64,000 bases of DNA from Bacilli bacterium (GCA_028693035.1 JAQUWE010000004.1:9660-73659); one strand, 5' to 3'; shown: positions 30,256 through 38,756, numbered from the stretch's first letter. Notes: generated by a model from the letters alone, not told the origin. Program-made: numbers and translations.

Positions 30256-30380
30256 TTTATAAGGGATAAATCAACATTTTATCATGTTTTTTTCAATGCT
30301 ATCTTAGCCTTAAAAGTGCTTACTTTTGACAGAAACAAGTCCAAAAACAAGACCAAAATATATAAAAAGGAAAACAACGC

Positions 30381-31580
30381 TTACGCATTGTCTTTTTTCT
30401 TTGGAATTACATTTCCTATCTTATCTACTGTATAATTTGATTTAAAAAATATACTGACCGTAATAAACTGATATATAGAGGAAAAAACTTGCCCAATACC
30501 TGTGCAAAATGGATTTTTAAGTAACGACATTATCATTCTTAACATAGAAGAAATAATTTTATTCGATGTCATTTTAAAAGCAGACCATTCTAATTGTAAA
30601 TAACACGTTTTAATTTTATATATTGGATAAATAATAAAATTGATTATTTCAAAAGAAAAATAAATCATAGTTAATTTAAAATCTAGATCATAAAAACCAT
30701 ATAACAATCCAAACATAATTAAGCTTGTTGAAAATACTAAACCAATTAACTTATAGGCATTCCTTCTATGTATTTTATAATTAAAATGGTTCTTACTTAT
30801 ATCAATTTTTGCAATCGTAACAATAGCTTCTGCAGTATCCCACTGCGTATCTGTTATAAGTGCTATAAAAGTTAACGCAAGTGCATACTCTTCTCCAAAT
30901 TCAAGTGCATTTTTTAGACCAAATAAAAATATTAAAAAGAATGCTATACTATTGAATAATTCTACCGAATCATATTTAATACAATTGAAAATATTCAACT
31001 TAAATTTAAACTTATTACTATTCTTAATCATAATAAATAAAGTAAATAAAGCAAGAGGAACTAAGGTAATTATTACTATCATATTTTGATTTTTTGTTAT
31101 TAAAGATGTTCCAATCAATAAAACAAAATTTAATAAATTAAATATTAATGAATAGGTATTGGCTAATTCATTTTTTTCTTCATAATAAAGTTTATTCAAT
31201 GACATCGCAAATTCTAAACTTAAAAATAATTGTAAAACCGAATATATGGTAAAAGTTTTATATATGGATATATCCATATTCATAAAATGAATGTAATTAT
31301 CTATATTTAATATAACAATACTAAAGATTACTATTGAAATAATACTTCCTACAACAATGCCAGACATGACTGCATTATTATTTTTATCCTTTTCTTTACT
31401 TATATTCGCACCTGTTGAAAATACAGATTTAAGTATATAATAAATAAACTGTAAGGGATATGTAAGTGTAAATATATTTATAAGGTTTTTGTCTATTGTT
31501 ATCCCTAATAAAAACCAAGATAAAACAGGAATAAAGGATAATAGTGATAAATCAAAACCAATTTGTAATAATCTTTTCAT
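30381..31580 (-). CDS. Polytopic membrane protein, possibly a MOP/Wzx-like flippase (tentative)
   Basis: 399 aa with about 10-12 predicted TM helices. Coding sequence is very AT-rich. Confidence 0.45.
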   Translation of the reverse strand: MKRLLQIGFDLSLLSFIPVLSWFLLGITIDKNLINIFTLTYPLQFIYYILKSVFSTGANISKEKDKNNNAVMSGIVVGSIISIVIFSIVILNIDNYIHFMNMDISIYKTFTIYSVLQLFLSLEFAMSLNKLYYEEKNELANTYSLIFNLLNFVLLIGTSLITKNQNMIVIITLVPLALFTLFIMIKNSNKFKFKLNIFNCIKYDSVELFNSIAFFLIFLFGLKNALEFGEEYALALTFIALITDTQWDTAEAIVTIAKIDISKNHFNYKIHRRNAYKLIGLVFSTSLIMFGLLYGFYDLDFKLTMIYFSFEIINFIIYPIYKIKTCYLQLEWSAFKMTSNKIISSMLRMIMSLLKNPFCTGIGQVFSSIYQFITVSIFFKSNYTVDKIGNVIPKKKDNA

Positions 31581-31658
31581 ATTTTTAATACCTCTGATAA
31601 TTCTATAAAATGTATTATAATTTTACCATATTAAGTAAAAATACACCAGATATTACAT

Positions 31659-31694
31659 AAAAAATAAAAGACAATACTCATTACATTGTCTTTT
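31659..31694 (-). terminator. Rho-independent terminator after the MBL-fold gene
   Basis: 10-bp stem aaaagacaat / attgtctttt with a 9-nt loop, and a T-run on the minus strand. Confidence 0.7.
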
Positions 31695-31698
31695 CAAA

Positions 31699-32313
31699 TT
31701 AAATTTCAATGGTTTCTTCAATTTCTAATATTTTATAAGGAATACTAAAGTTTTTAAAATTATCATTCATATAATTTAAATCTGTTGGGTAAGCTTGATT
31801 ATCCATATGAACAGGCAAAACTAGTTTAGCCTCTAATTCTTTAGCAAACAATGAAGCCTCATACGAAGACATAGTTAAACCATATCCTGTAATTGGCATC
31901 GCTACTACATCCACTTTATAATTGTTATTAAAGCAAATCGTATCACTTGTAGCGTAGAGCCTTAATTTTCCATCATCAATTATATACCCTACATTTTCAA
32001 ATACTTCTTTCCCCTCTTTCAAGTTTGGATTATACCCATGAATGGCTTTAACGACCTCAATTTTAAAATCACCAAAATTTAAATAATCATTTTCTTTAAT
32101 AATATTAAATTTAATATTTGGAAATTCACTTTGCACTTCCTTTGTAGAATATATTGGTACATTTATGTTTTCCAAAATTTTTGCATTTATATGATCAGCA
32201 TGCTTATGGGTAATGAATACTATATCTGCTGTTTCCCAATCTCTCAAAAATTTTTCTTGATACTTTAATGTCCCTGGATCTATCAATACTTTTTTATTGT
32301 CCATTTCAATCAT
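31699..32313 (-). CDS. MBL-fold metallo-hydrolase (the reading frame and family N-terminus continue to 32349 without a canonical start)
   Basis: FITHKHADH (HxHxDH) motif. The in-frame upstream codons encode IIKITKYPQSCL, the usual family N-terminus, and begin at ATT/ATA. Confidence 0.75.
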   Translation of the reverse strand: MIEMDNKKVLIDPGTLKYQEKFLRDWETADIVFITHKHADHINAKILENINVPIYSTKEVQSEFPNIKFNIIKENDYLNFGDFKIEVVKAIHGYNPNLKEGKEVFENVGYIIDDGKLRLYATSDTICFNNNYKVDVVAMPITGYGLTMSSYEASLFAKELEAKLVLPVHMDNQAYPTDLNYMNDNFKNFSIPYKILEIEETIEI

Positions 32314-32456
32314 TAAACATGATTGAGGGTATTTTGTAATTTTTATAATTTCTCAGTCCCTTCTATATCTGGTATATATTTTTCAAATATATATTCTCTA
32401 TAATTTAATTTAGTAATAGCACGTGTTTCATCTATTCTCTAGCTTTTAAAATATGA

Positions 32457-32810
32457 TTATAAACCCTGTCTCTTTAGAGTAAAAATCACGCAGGCCTGTT
32501 TATTTGACTCTTCTTCGGTATAATAACCACCTTCGTAAGTATCTTTAACAACTGCAGATACTGTAGGATACTGGTCTATAAAATCTTCCTTATAATATTT
32601 AGAATAACAATCAAACCAATTATCAAATACTTCTATATTTGTTACTGCAACAGTTACTTCATCATCAAGATTAGGTAATTTTTGAAACCGAATGGTATCC
32701 CCTATCTTAACCAATTTCCTTTTGTCATCATAAAGCCTATATTCTCTTTTTTTTCTATCTAATTTTAAATCTTCAAATTCTGATTGGTAGAGTTTCATAG
32801 TATGTTCCAT
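32457..32810 (-). CDS. ASCH (PUA-like) domain protein
   Basis: 117 aa with the pattern F..L....K..EYRLYD.KR..VKIGD.I.F, typical of ASCH. AAGGAGA lies 6 nt upstream of the ATG. Confidence 0.65.
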   Translation of the reverse strand: MEHTMKLYQSEFEDLKLDRKKREYRLYDDKRKLVKIGDTIRFQKLPNLDDEVTVAVTNIEVFDNWFDCYSKYYKEDFIDQYPTVSAVVKDTYEGGYYTEEESNKQACVIFTLKRQGL

Positions 32811-32961
32811 TTTATTTCTCCTTAACTAGTAATTTAATACTACATTTTTTTGAAAAAAATATTTGCTTATTATATATATATTGCAGGCATAGCTAGTATA
32901 ACATAAAACTATAAAAAATATAACATATGTGCTATAATTTCATTATATGGAGGGAATAAAT

Positions 32962-34287
32962 ATGAATATAAAAGAGGACGCAAAGCAATTTGCTATTAAT
33001 GCTCATAAAGGCCAAATAAGAAAAAATGAACCTGATAAACCAATGATTATGCATCCCATAAGTGTTGGCATGTTATTGGAAGAATATGGTTACAACGACA
33101 ATGTAGTTGCAGCTGGTTATTTACATGATGTTGTTGAGGATACAGAATACACTTTAGAAAATATTGAAAGAATATTTGGTAGTACTATCGCTGAACTTGT
33201 AAAAGGTGCATCGGAACCAGATAAATCATTATCTTGGAAAGAAAGAAAACAGCATACTATAGATGAAACTAAAGAATTATCTTTTGAAAATAAATTAGTT
33301 GTGTGTGCAGATAAAATAAATAATTTAGAAGATTTAATGTTAAAGTTTCAGAAAACTGGAATTAGGGATTTTTCACGTTTTAAGATGGGTGAAGAAGAAC
33401 AAAAATGGTATTATACTGGGGTATATGAAAGTCTTACTTTTGGTCAAGATAGCGAATTGCCAATTTTTTTGAGATTAAAGAATGTTTTAGATATTGTGTT
33501 TTACAATAAAAGAAACGAACAGTTGGAAGATATATTTTCGTCAGATCCAAATTATTACCATAAGTTAATCAGTCTACACTCTCAAAAAGTAGAACTACAA
33601 AAATTAAAAAAATTGTGTAGTTTACCTAAACCATTTGTTATTGAATTTTGTGGTACTCCACGAACTGGAAAAACCACTATATTAAACAATTTATATGTAT
33701 TTTTTAAAAAAGGTGGATTTTCCGTTAATATGATCGAGGAATTAACAACTTCAGATCATTATAAAAAGGTAGTATTACCAAAAATCCAACATATGCCAAC
33801 AGATAAATTAAATATAGCAATTATAAGAGAAGCTGAAAAACAACTTCGCCATGCTATATCAAAAAATGATGATATTATCCTCATTGATAGATCGTTAAAT
33901 GATAGGGTCATTTGGAATTACAGAAAATTTGTTCGTAACGATATGACAGAAGAACAATATAGACAAATTACAGAACAATATTCTACAGTTTCCAAAGAGT
34001 TAATAGATCTGTTAGTCATTGGATACACAGACGCCCAAACAGCCGTGAAAAGAGATTATATAAATAGTTTGGCCCTAGAAGAAAGTAGATTTTTAAATAT
34101 TGATAATATTCATGAATACAATAAAAATATGGAACTATCAATGAACGTTTTCAAAAAAAGTGTAAATAATATTTATAAGCTTGATACTACTGATATTTCA
34201 CCAAGAGATTCCTCAGTACTAATTGCTGAAAATATAATGCACATAATGAGAGAAAAATATATAAAAGCATTCAAAGATAGTATCTAA
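32962..34287 (+). CDS. Fusion protein: SpoT/RelA-type HD (alarmone-hydrolase-like) domain plus a C-terminal P-loop kinase-like domain
   Basis: N-terminal part: HKGQIRK..., MHPISV, YLHDVVEDT, FGSTIAELVKGASEP. C-terminal part: Walker A CGTPRTGKTT and Walker B-like IILIDRS. GGAGGGA lies 6 nt upstream of the ATG at 32962. Confidence 0.8.
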   Translation: MNIKEDAKQFAINAHKGQIRKNEPDKPMIMHPISVGMLLEEYGYNDNVVAAGYLHDVVEDTEYTLENIERIFGSTIAELVKGASEPDKSLSWKERKQHTIDETKELSFENKLVVCADKINNLEDLMLKFQKTGIRDFSRFKMGEEEQKWYYTGVYESLTFGQDSELPIFLRLKNVLDIVFYNKRNEQLEDIFSSDPNYYHKLISLHSQKVELQKLKKLCSLPKPFVIEFCGTPRTGKTTILNNLYVFFKKGGFSVNMIEELTTSDHYKKVVLPKIQHMPTDKLNIAIIREAEKQLRHAISKNDDIILIDRSLNDRVIWNYRKFVRNDMTEEQYRQITEQYSTVSKELIDLLVIGYTDAQTAVKRDYINSLALEESRFLNIDNIHEYNKNMELSMNVFKKSVNNIYKLDTTDISPRDSSVLIAENIMHIMREKYIKAFKDSI

Positions 34288-34346
34288 TATTAAATATTCT
34301 ATAAAATAAGTAAATTTCTATATAAAAAATTCATTTATAAAAAAAT

Positions 34347-35324
34347 TTAAATGTTCCATTTTGGTGGATACATATAATCAATTTTTTCTTTTTTAACGCA
34401 ATATTTCTTTTTAATTTTAGTTCTATTAGACTTTAGACTAGGAACTGCCTGTCTACAATATTTATCTAATTCACAGAATATATTTTGACAATCAATAAGT
34501 TGTAAAGGTCTATTCCCAATTTTTTTAAAATCGAGATGTAATCTTTTAAATTCTTTGTCCTGATTTTCAAACATATAGAAAATAATATCTTCATTGGATT
34601 GGTTTCCCTTACTAGTAAAACACTTAGCAATTCCCCTTATTGAACCTGGACCTGCCACTGTAAACTCATCTTCTCCCCAGTTTACAACTTTACTATAATT
34701 GATATCAGTCACAAGCTGATATGCCATAAAGTTTCCTATTAAAGGATAAGACTTTATTAAAAGAAAAGCATCTTCCATATGCTTACACTTCATAATTTTA
34801 TTCTGCACCTTATCTATAACAAACATTTTTTCTAAAAGAGCCAAATGATTTTGATGCTTTCTATCGTATCCAAAAGCTTTATTAGCGCAACTTATATAAG
34901 CATCACTATATATTTTTATGCCTTCTTTTAGTGCACTTTCTAAAATGTTTGAGTAAACATTTTTATCAAAATTTTCTAAGGTAATCTCCCCTATATTTTT
35001 TTCTAATAATTCCCATGTAGATTCTTTATTAAATAGTTTAAAAAGAATAATTCTAAAAAGAATACTCTCATCAGGGTATTTTTTTCCATTGTATATGACA
35101 TTTTTAAGCAAGTATTGACTCACTCTATCGTTCACTCTATAGCTATTACAAAACTTATACTCTTGCAGTATCGGATCTTCTGTCCATGGGCCTCTTTCTC
35201 CATTATCCTTTTTTACGAAGATATTTTGTCTTTCAGCAGCAAAGTACCAATATAGATCATAAATTTCTTGTCGCTTTCTAAAATTTTCAACCACTGTACA
35301 TCTACCTTTCTTATAATTTTTCAT
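34347..35324 (-). CDS. Protein resembling the 5-hmdU DNA kinase helical / aGPT-pyrophosphorylase family of phage thymidine hypermodification (tentative)
   Basis: Motifs recalled from that family: ERQNIF...GERGPWTEDPILQEYKFCNSYRVNDRVSQ, and later GNFMAYQLVTDINYS...AGPGSIRG. No P-loop is present. The ORF itself is solid at 325 aa. Confidence 0.45.
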   Translation of the reverse strand: MKNYKKGRCTVVENFRKRQEIYDLYWYFAAERQNIFVKKDNGERGPWTEDPILQEYKFCNSYRVNDRVSQYLLKNVIYNGKKYPDESILFRIILFKLFNKESTWELLEKNIGEITLENFDKNVYSNILESALKEGIKIYSDAYISCANKAFGYDRKHQNHLALLEKMFVIDKVQNKIMKCKHMEDAFLLIKSYPLIGNFMAYQLVTDINYSKVVNWGEDEFTVAGPGSIRGIAKCFTSKGNQSNEDIIFYMFENQDKEFKRLHLDFKKIGNRPLQLIDCQNIFCELDKYCRQAVPSLKSNRTKIKKKYCVKKEKIDYMYPPKWNI

Positions 35325-35610
35325 TTATTATAACATCATGCTTATATTTTTTCACTCATTTTATCATTGTTTCTTCATCTTATATTTTATCTTTGAATCT
35401 ACTCTGTATGTTTTCTCTATAATACTATAAAGGAATGCCTAAACAGAAAGTAAAAATTGTATATATGTGATTTCAAAGTAGGTTCTTAGCTTTCCAATAT
35501 TGCTTTTTCCAACATATTATATATTGAAAAGAAAAGGAATCTGTAAAAGCTTAACTATAAGTACAACACCTTCTTTATCCTTTTCAATATGACAAGAAAG
35601 GAGTATATAA

Positions 35611-36474
35611 ATGAACAATTACGAAAAAGCACTACAAAAAATTAAACACGACGAAAAATGTAAACCAAAAGGTATGTATTATATAGGCGCAGCAGGTCCT
35701 ACGGGTCCAACAGGTCCACCTGGACCAGCTGGAGGTCCTACGGGTCCGACAGGTCCAACCGGGCCAACGGGGCCAACCGGGCCAACCGGGCCAACGGGAC
35801 CAACTGGGCCTGGCGGTCTTCTTGGTGCAACGGGTCCAACCGGGCCAACGGGACCAACCGGACCTGACGGGCTTCTTGGTGCAACAGGACCAACCGGACC
35901 AACTGGACCTGACGGGCTTCTTGGCGCAACAGGACCAACGGGGCCAACGGGTCCAGCAGGCGTTGATGGCATTATAGGTCCAACAGGTCCAACCGGACCA
36001 ACTGGACCTGACGGGCTTCTTGGCGCAACGGGTCCAACGGGGCCAACGGGCCCAACAGGACCAGCTGCTCTTGGAGCTCTTGAAGTTCAATTGCAAACTG
36101 GTGCATTTCAGGAAATTACTGATGCTTCTGCAATAGCTTTCAACACGGTTATTACGAATAATGCACCTAATATTACTTATGATACAACAACAGGTATTTT
36201 CACAATTACTACACCCGGACTATATTATATCAACTGGTGGGTCGCTGCCGATTCAGCACCAGTGGTAAATACTATCAATTTAGCAATCGCAACATCTGCC
36301 GGTCAAAACATTCAGGCATCATCAAATATTGCTGCACTTAATTTTAGCGGAAATGCTTTATTAAATGTTACAACTGCTCCACTAACTTTCTCATTAGTCA
36401 ATCAAAGTGGCGGCTCAATATTCATCGGAGAATATCTAGCACAAGCTGATTTAACTGTTATCCAGCTTATATAA
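35611..36474 (+). CDS. Collagen-like triple-helix repeat protein with a globular C-terminal domain (BclA-like architecture)
   Basis: About 125 aa of G-X-Y triplets, mostly GPT, followed by a domain of about 135 aa rich in beta-strand-type sequence. GAAAGGAG lies 7 nt upstream of the ATG. Confidence 0.85.
   Translation: MNNYEKALQKIKHDEKCKPKGMYYIGAAGPTGPTGPPGPAGGPTGPTGPTGPTGPTGPTGPTGPTGPGGLLGATGPTGPTGPTGPDGLLGATGPTGPTGPDGLLGATGPTGPTGPAGVDGIIGPTGPTGPTGPDGLLGATGPTGPTGPTGPAALGALEVQLQTGAFQEITDASAIAFNTVITNNAPNITYDTTTGIFTITTPGLYYINWWVAADSAPVVNTINLAIATSAGQNIQASSNIAALNFSGNALLNVTTAPLTFSLVNQSGGSIFIGEYLAQADLTVIQLI
35695..36066 (+). repeat. GC-rich 9-bp-periodic (GGnCCnACn) coding repeat with higher-order [14 protein letters not shown](D) units
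   Basis: Read directly from the sequence. All six frames are open here, which generates the spurious antisense ORFs in the track. Confidence 0.9.
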
Positions 36475-36499
36475 AATAATTTTTTAAAGTTGCTTACTT

Positions 36500-36556
36500 A
36501 TCACTAAAGTATCTTAAATAAATATTTATTTATAGAAATCTTTAGTGATTTTTTGT
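36500..36556 (+). terminator. Long-loop hairpin terminator after the collagen-like gene
   Basis: tcactaaag ... ctttagtga stem enclosing an AT-rich inner palindrome, followed by TTTTTTG. Confidence 0.5.
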
Positions 36557-36625
36557 GCTTAAAAAAATACATCTTGTTTATAAACAAAAATGTATTTAAA
36601 ATATAAATTTATTTTGTACTATTTT

Positions 36626-37228
36626 TTAAAGGTATTCCTCTATTTTTTTAATATGATTTACTTTTGCTTTCTTATAGGAGTAAATATAATAAATACTAAA
36701 TAGAATACTAGCACCTGTAGCTACCAACATATCAAGCATTGTGTCCTGTATCCCACTATCTAAAACATGCTGGGTATCTCCCCCTGTAATCTTATCACAA
36801 AAGAATTCAAAATACTCCCAAATACCTGCAACGGCTGTACTAAACAATATAATAAAAACAACAATAAACCAAGTTTTTTTATTTTTTAGTTGGGCTTTTT
36901 TCAAAACCAAAAGAGCTACTAAAGAAGTTAAGAAACCAGAAATAAAATGTGTAAACTTATCAAATCCTCTTGTTTGAGGTAAATTATATAAATTTAAAAC
37001 ACTACCTAAAATAACACAGCAAAAAGTAAATAAATAATAAATAAACTTAAGTGGTTCTTTCATTTCATAATGAAATATTTTTTGAATCAAATAGGGACCT
37101 AACAAAATAGGAATCACTGTAAAAGCAACCAGTAAACGATCTGTAGTTCCTATACGTATCCTATCATAAATATACCACACATCAATAATAATAAATAAAG
37201 CAATTAAAATTCTATTTAGTAATTTCAT
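36626..37228 (-). CDS. Integral membrane protein of unknown function (possibly DUF2238/YjdF-like)
   Basis: 200 aa with about 6 TM helices. GGAGGGA lies upstream of the ATG. Confidence 0.45.
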   Translation of the reverse strand: MKLLNRILIALFIIIDVWYIYDRIRIGTTDRLLVAFTVIPILLGPYLIQKIFHYEMKEPLKFIYYLFTFCCVILGSVLNLYNLPQTRGFDKFTHFISGFLTSLVALLVLKKAQLKNKKTWFIVVFIILFSTAVAGIWEYFEFFCDKITGGDTQHVLDSGIQDTMLDMLVATGASILFSIYYIYSYKKAKVNHIKKIEEYL

Positions 37229-37349
37229 AATCCCTCCTATTTTTATTATAACTCTAACATTAGTACTTTACAATTATTATACGGTTTTTTTATTAAAATA
37301 TGAAATAAATTATTTTTTACCGATTGTTTCGTTAACATACAATTCTTGT

Positions 37350-37378
37350 TTGACTATCCTTATTTTTATCGTTATAAT
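37350..37378 (+). promoter_or_regulatory. Consensus sigma-A promoter
   Basis: TTGACT, a 17-nt spacer, then TATAAT, about 100 nt upstream of the small ORF at 37487. Confidence 0.6.
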
Positions 37379-37486
37379 AAAAATACTCTGTTATTTCAGA
37401 TATTTATTTTTACTATTTGAAAAATTTATTTTCATTTTTACTGAGTGATAAATTCATAATTTGTATTATTTAAAAAGGAGATCATT

Positions 37487-37654
37487 ATGATTAATATTAT
37501 TTTCGAAAGTGGGTTTTCAATGAAAATTCCTTTAGGGACCGTTTTAAAAATTATTACATATAAAAAAGAACCCAACCAACTAACCATTGAAACACAAACA
37601 AGTAAAAACACCTTTACAGGTGTTCATAAATTTGAGGTAGTATTTTATAATTAA
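37487..37654 (+). CDS. Small hypothetical protein (55 aa; below the ORF-track cutoff)
   Basis: AAAGGAG lies 7 nt upstream of the ATG. Translation: MINIIFESGFSMKIPLGTVLKIITYKKEPNQLTIETQTSKNTFTGVHKFEVVFYN. It is flanked by a consensus promoter and a terminator. Confidence 0.4.
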   Translation: MINIIFESGFSMKIPLGTVLKIITYKKEPNQLTIETQTSKNTFTGVHKFEVVFYN

Positions 37655-37721
37655 AGTCATACTTTACTTTATTACTAGACATTATTTCAACAATTATTTA
37701 GTACATCTTTTTTACGAAGAA

Positions 37722-37757
37722 ACTTATAAAAGTACCTATACTTTATAAGTTTTTTTA
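37722..37757. terminator. Hairpin terminator between the small ORF and the lysin gene
   Basis: acttataaaagta / tactttataagt (12 bp with one bulge) and a ccta loop, followed by a T-run. Confidence 0.65.
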
Positions 37758-38756
37758 TTTTATAACCAAAATTTGTCCTGGATAAATTACATTAGGATTA
37801 CTGCCAATCGTTTTACGATTTTTTTCATATAACGTTTTCCAACTCATTCCATATTTGGCTGCGATAGAACTTAAGTTATCTCCCTTTTGTACCTTATAAG
37901 TAACAGAACTAGATTGACTACTGCTATTTGGGATTTTTAAAATTTGTCCTACTTGTATTTTATTGGGATCAGCAATGCTATTTGCACTTGCTATTTCCTT
38001 GTAACGTGTCCCATTTCCATAAAATTTTTGGGCAATGGTCCACAAACTATCTCCCTTTTGTACTTTATATGTGACATCGCTGGGAGTTGGTGTTGGGGTA
38101 GGTGTAGGCTCTGGTTCTACACGAGGACTGTCTGTATAATGATTCAATCCTTGTGAAACAATAAGTTCATGATAATCTTTATAAGCAATGTTCATGTCGA
38201 CGTCACCCGTAATTCCATTGACCCTACCTGTACTACTATACTGCCATATTCCAAATGGTTTTTCATATGTAGGCCTACTAGCCCACTGTGCAAGCCATTT
38301 GTCATAAGAATTTAATTCTGGACTATTTAAGATGGTACGGAACCAATGTAAGTTTGCATAGATCATCGCATAATATCCGTTTTCTTCAAGTGTCTGACAA
38401 AAAGTGGTACAAATATCTGTATAGGTTTGATTAGAGGCACCACCATGTGCTTCTTTCCAACCATCTCCATCTTCCATGTCAATCACAATAGGATAAGTTG
38501 GCTTATAGCCTTTAATACTATTTAACATACCGGCTACTTCTTGTTTGGCTTCTTCTACATTTAAAGCATATGAATAGTGGTAAAAACCATAAGGAATACC
38601 ATAACGTTCACAGGCATCCGCATAGGTTCTAAACATCTTATCTTCATGATAATAGCCATACCCAGAACGTATGATTACAAAATCTACTTGTTCTTTTACT
38701 TTAGAAAAGTCTATATTTCCTTGATAATAAGAAATATCAATTCCACGTTTTTCGAT
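37755..38756 (-). CDS. GH25 muramidase with two C-terminal LysM domains and no signal peptide (endolysin-like); apparent ATC start
   Basis: The conserved GH25 N-terminus RGIDISYYQGNIDF lies upstream of the first ATG (38636), in frame. AGGAGG sits 6 nt upstream of ATC at 38756. A PTPTPTPTP linker is followed by two YKVQKGD...LysM repeats. Confidence 0.75.
   Translation of the reverse strand: MEKRGIDISYYQGNIDFSKVKEQVDFVIIRSGYGYYHEDKMFRTYADACERYGIPYGFYHYSYALNVEEAKQEVAGMLNSIKGYKPTYPIVIDMEDGDGWKEAHGGASNQTYTDICTTFCQTLEENGYYAMIYANLHWFRTILNSPELNSYDKWLAQWASRPTYEKPFGIWQYSSTGRVNGITGDVDMNIAYKDYHELIVSQGLNHYTDSPRVEPEPTPTPTPTPSDVTYKVQKGDSLWTIAQKFYGNGTRYKEIASANSIADPNKIQVGQILKIPNSSSQSSSVTYKVQKGDNLSSIAAKYGMSWKTLYEKNRKTIGSNPNVIYPGQILVIK

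Noticed and set aside
35632-36096. Three long minus-strand ORFs (154, 97 and 69 aa) antisense to the collagen-like gene
   Set aside because: They are products of the GC-rich triplet repeat, which leaves all frames open. They have no SD, and their composition simply mirrors the sense-strand repeat.
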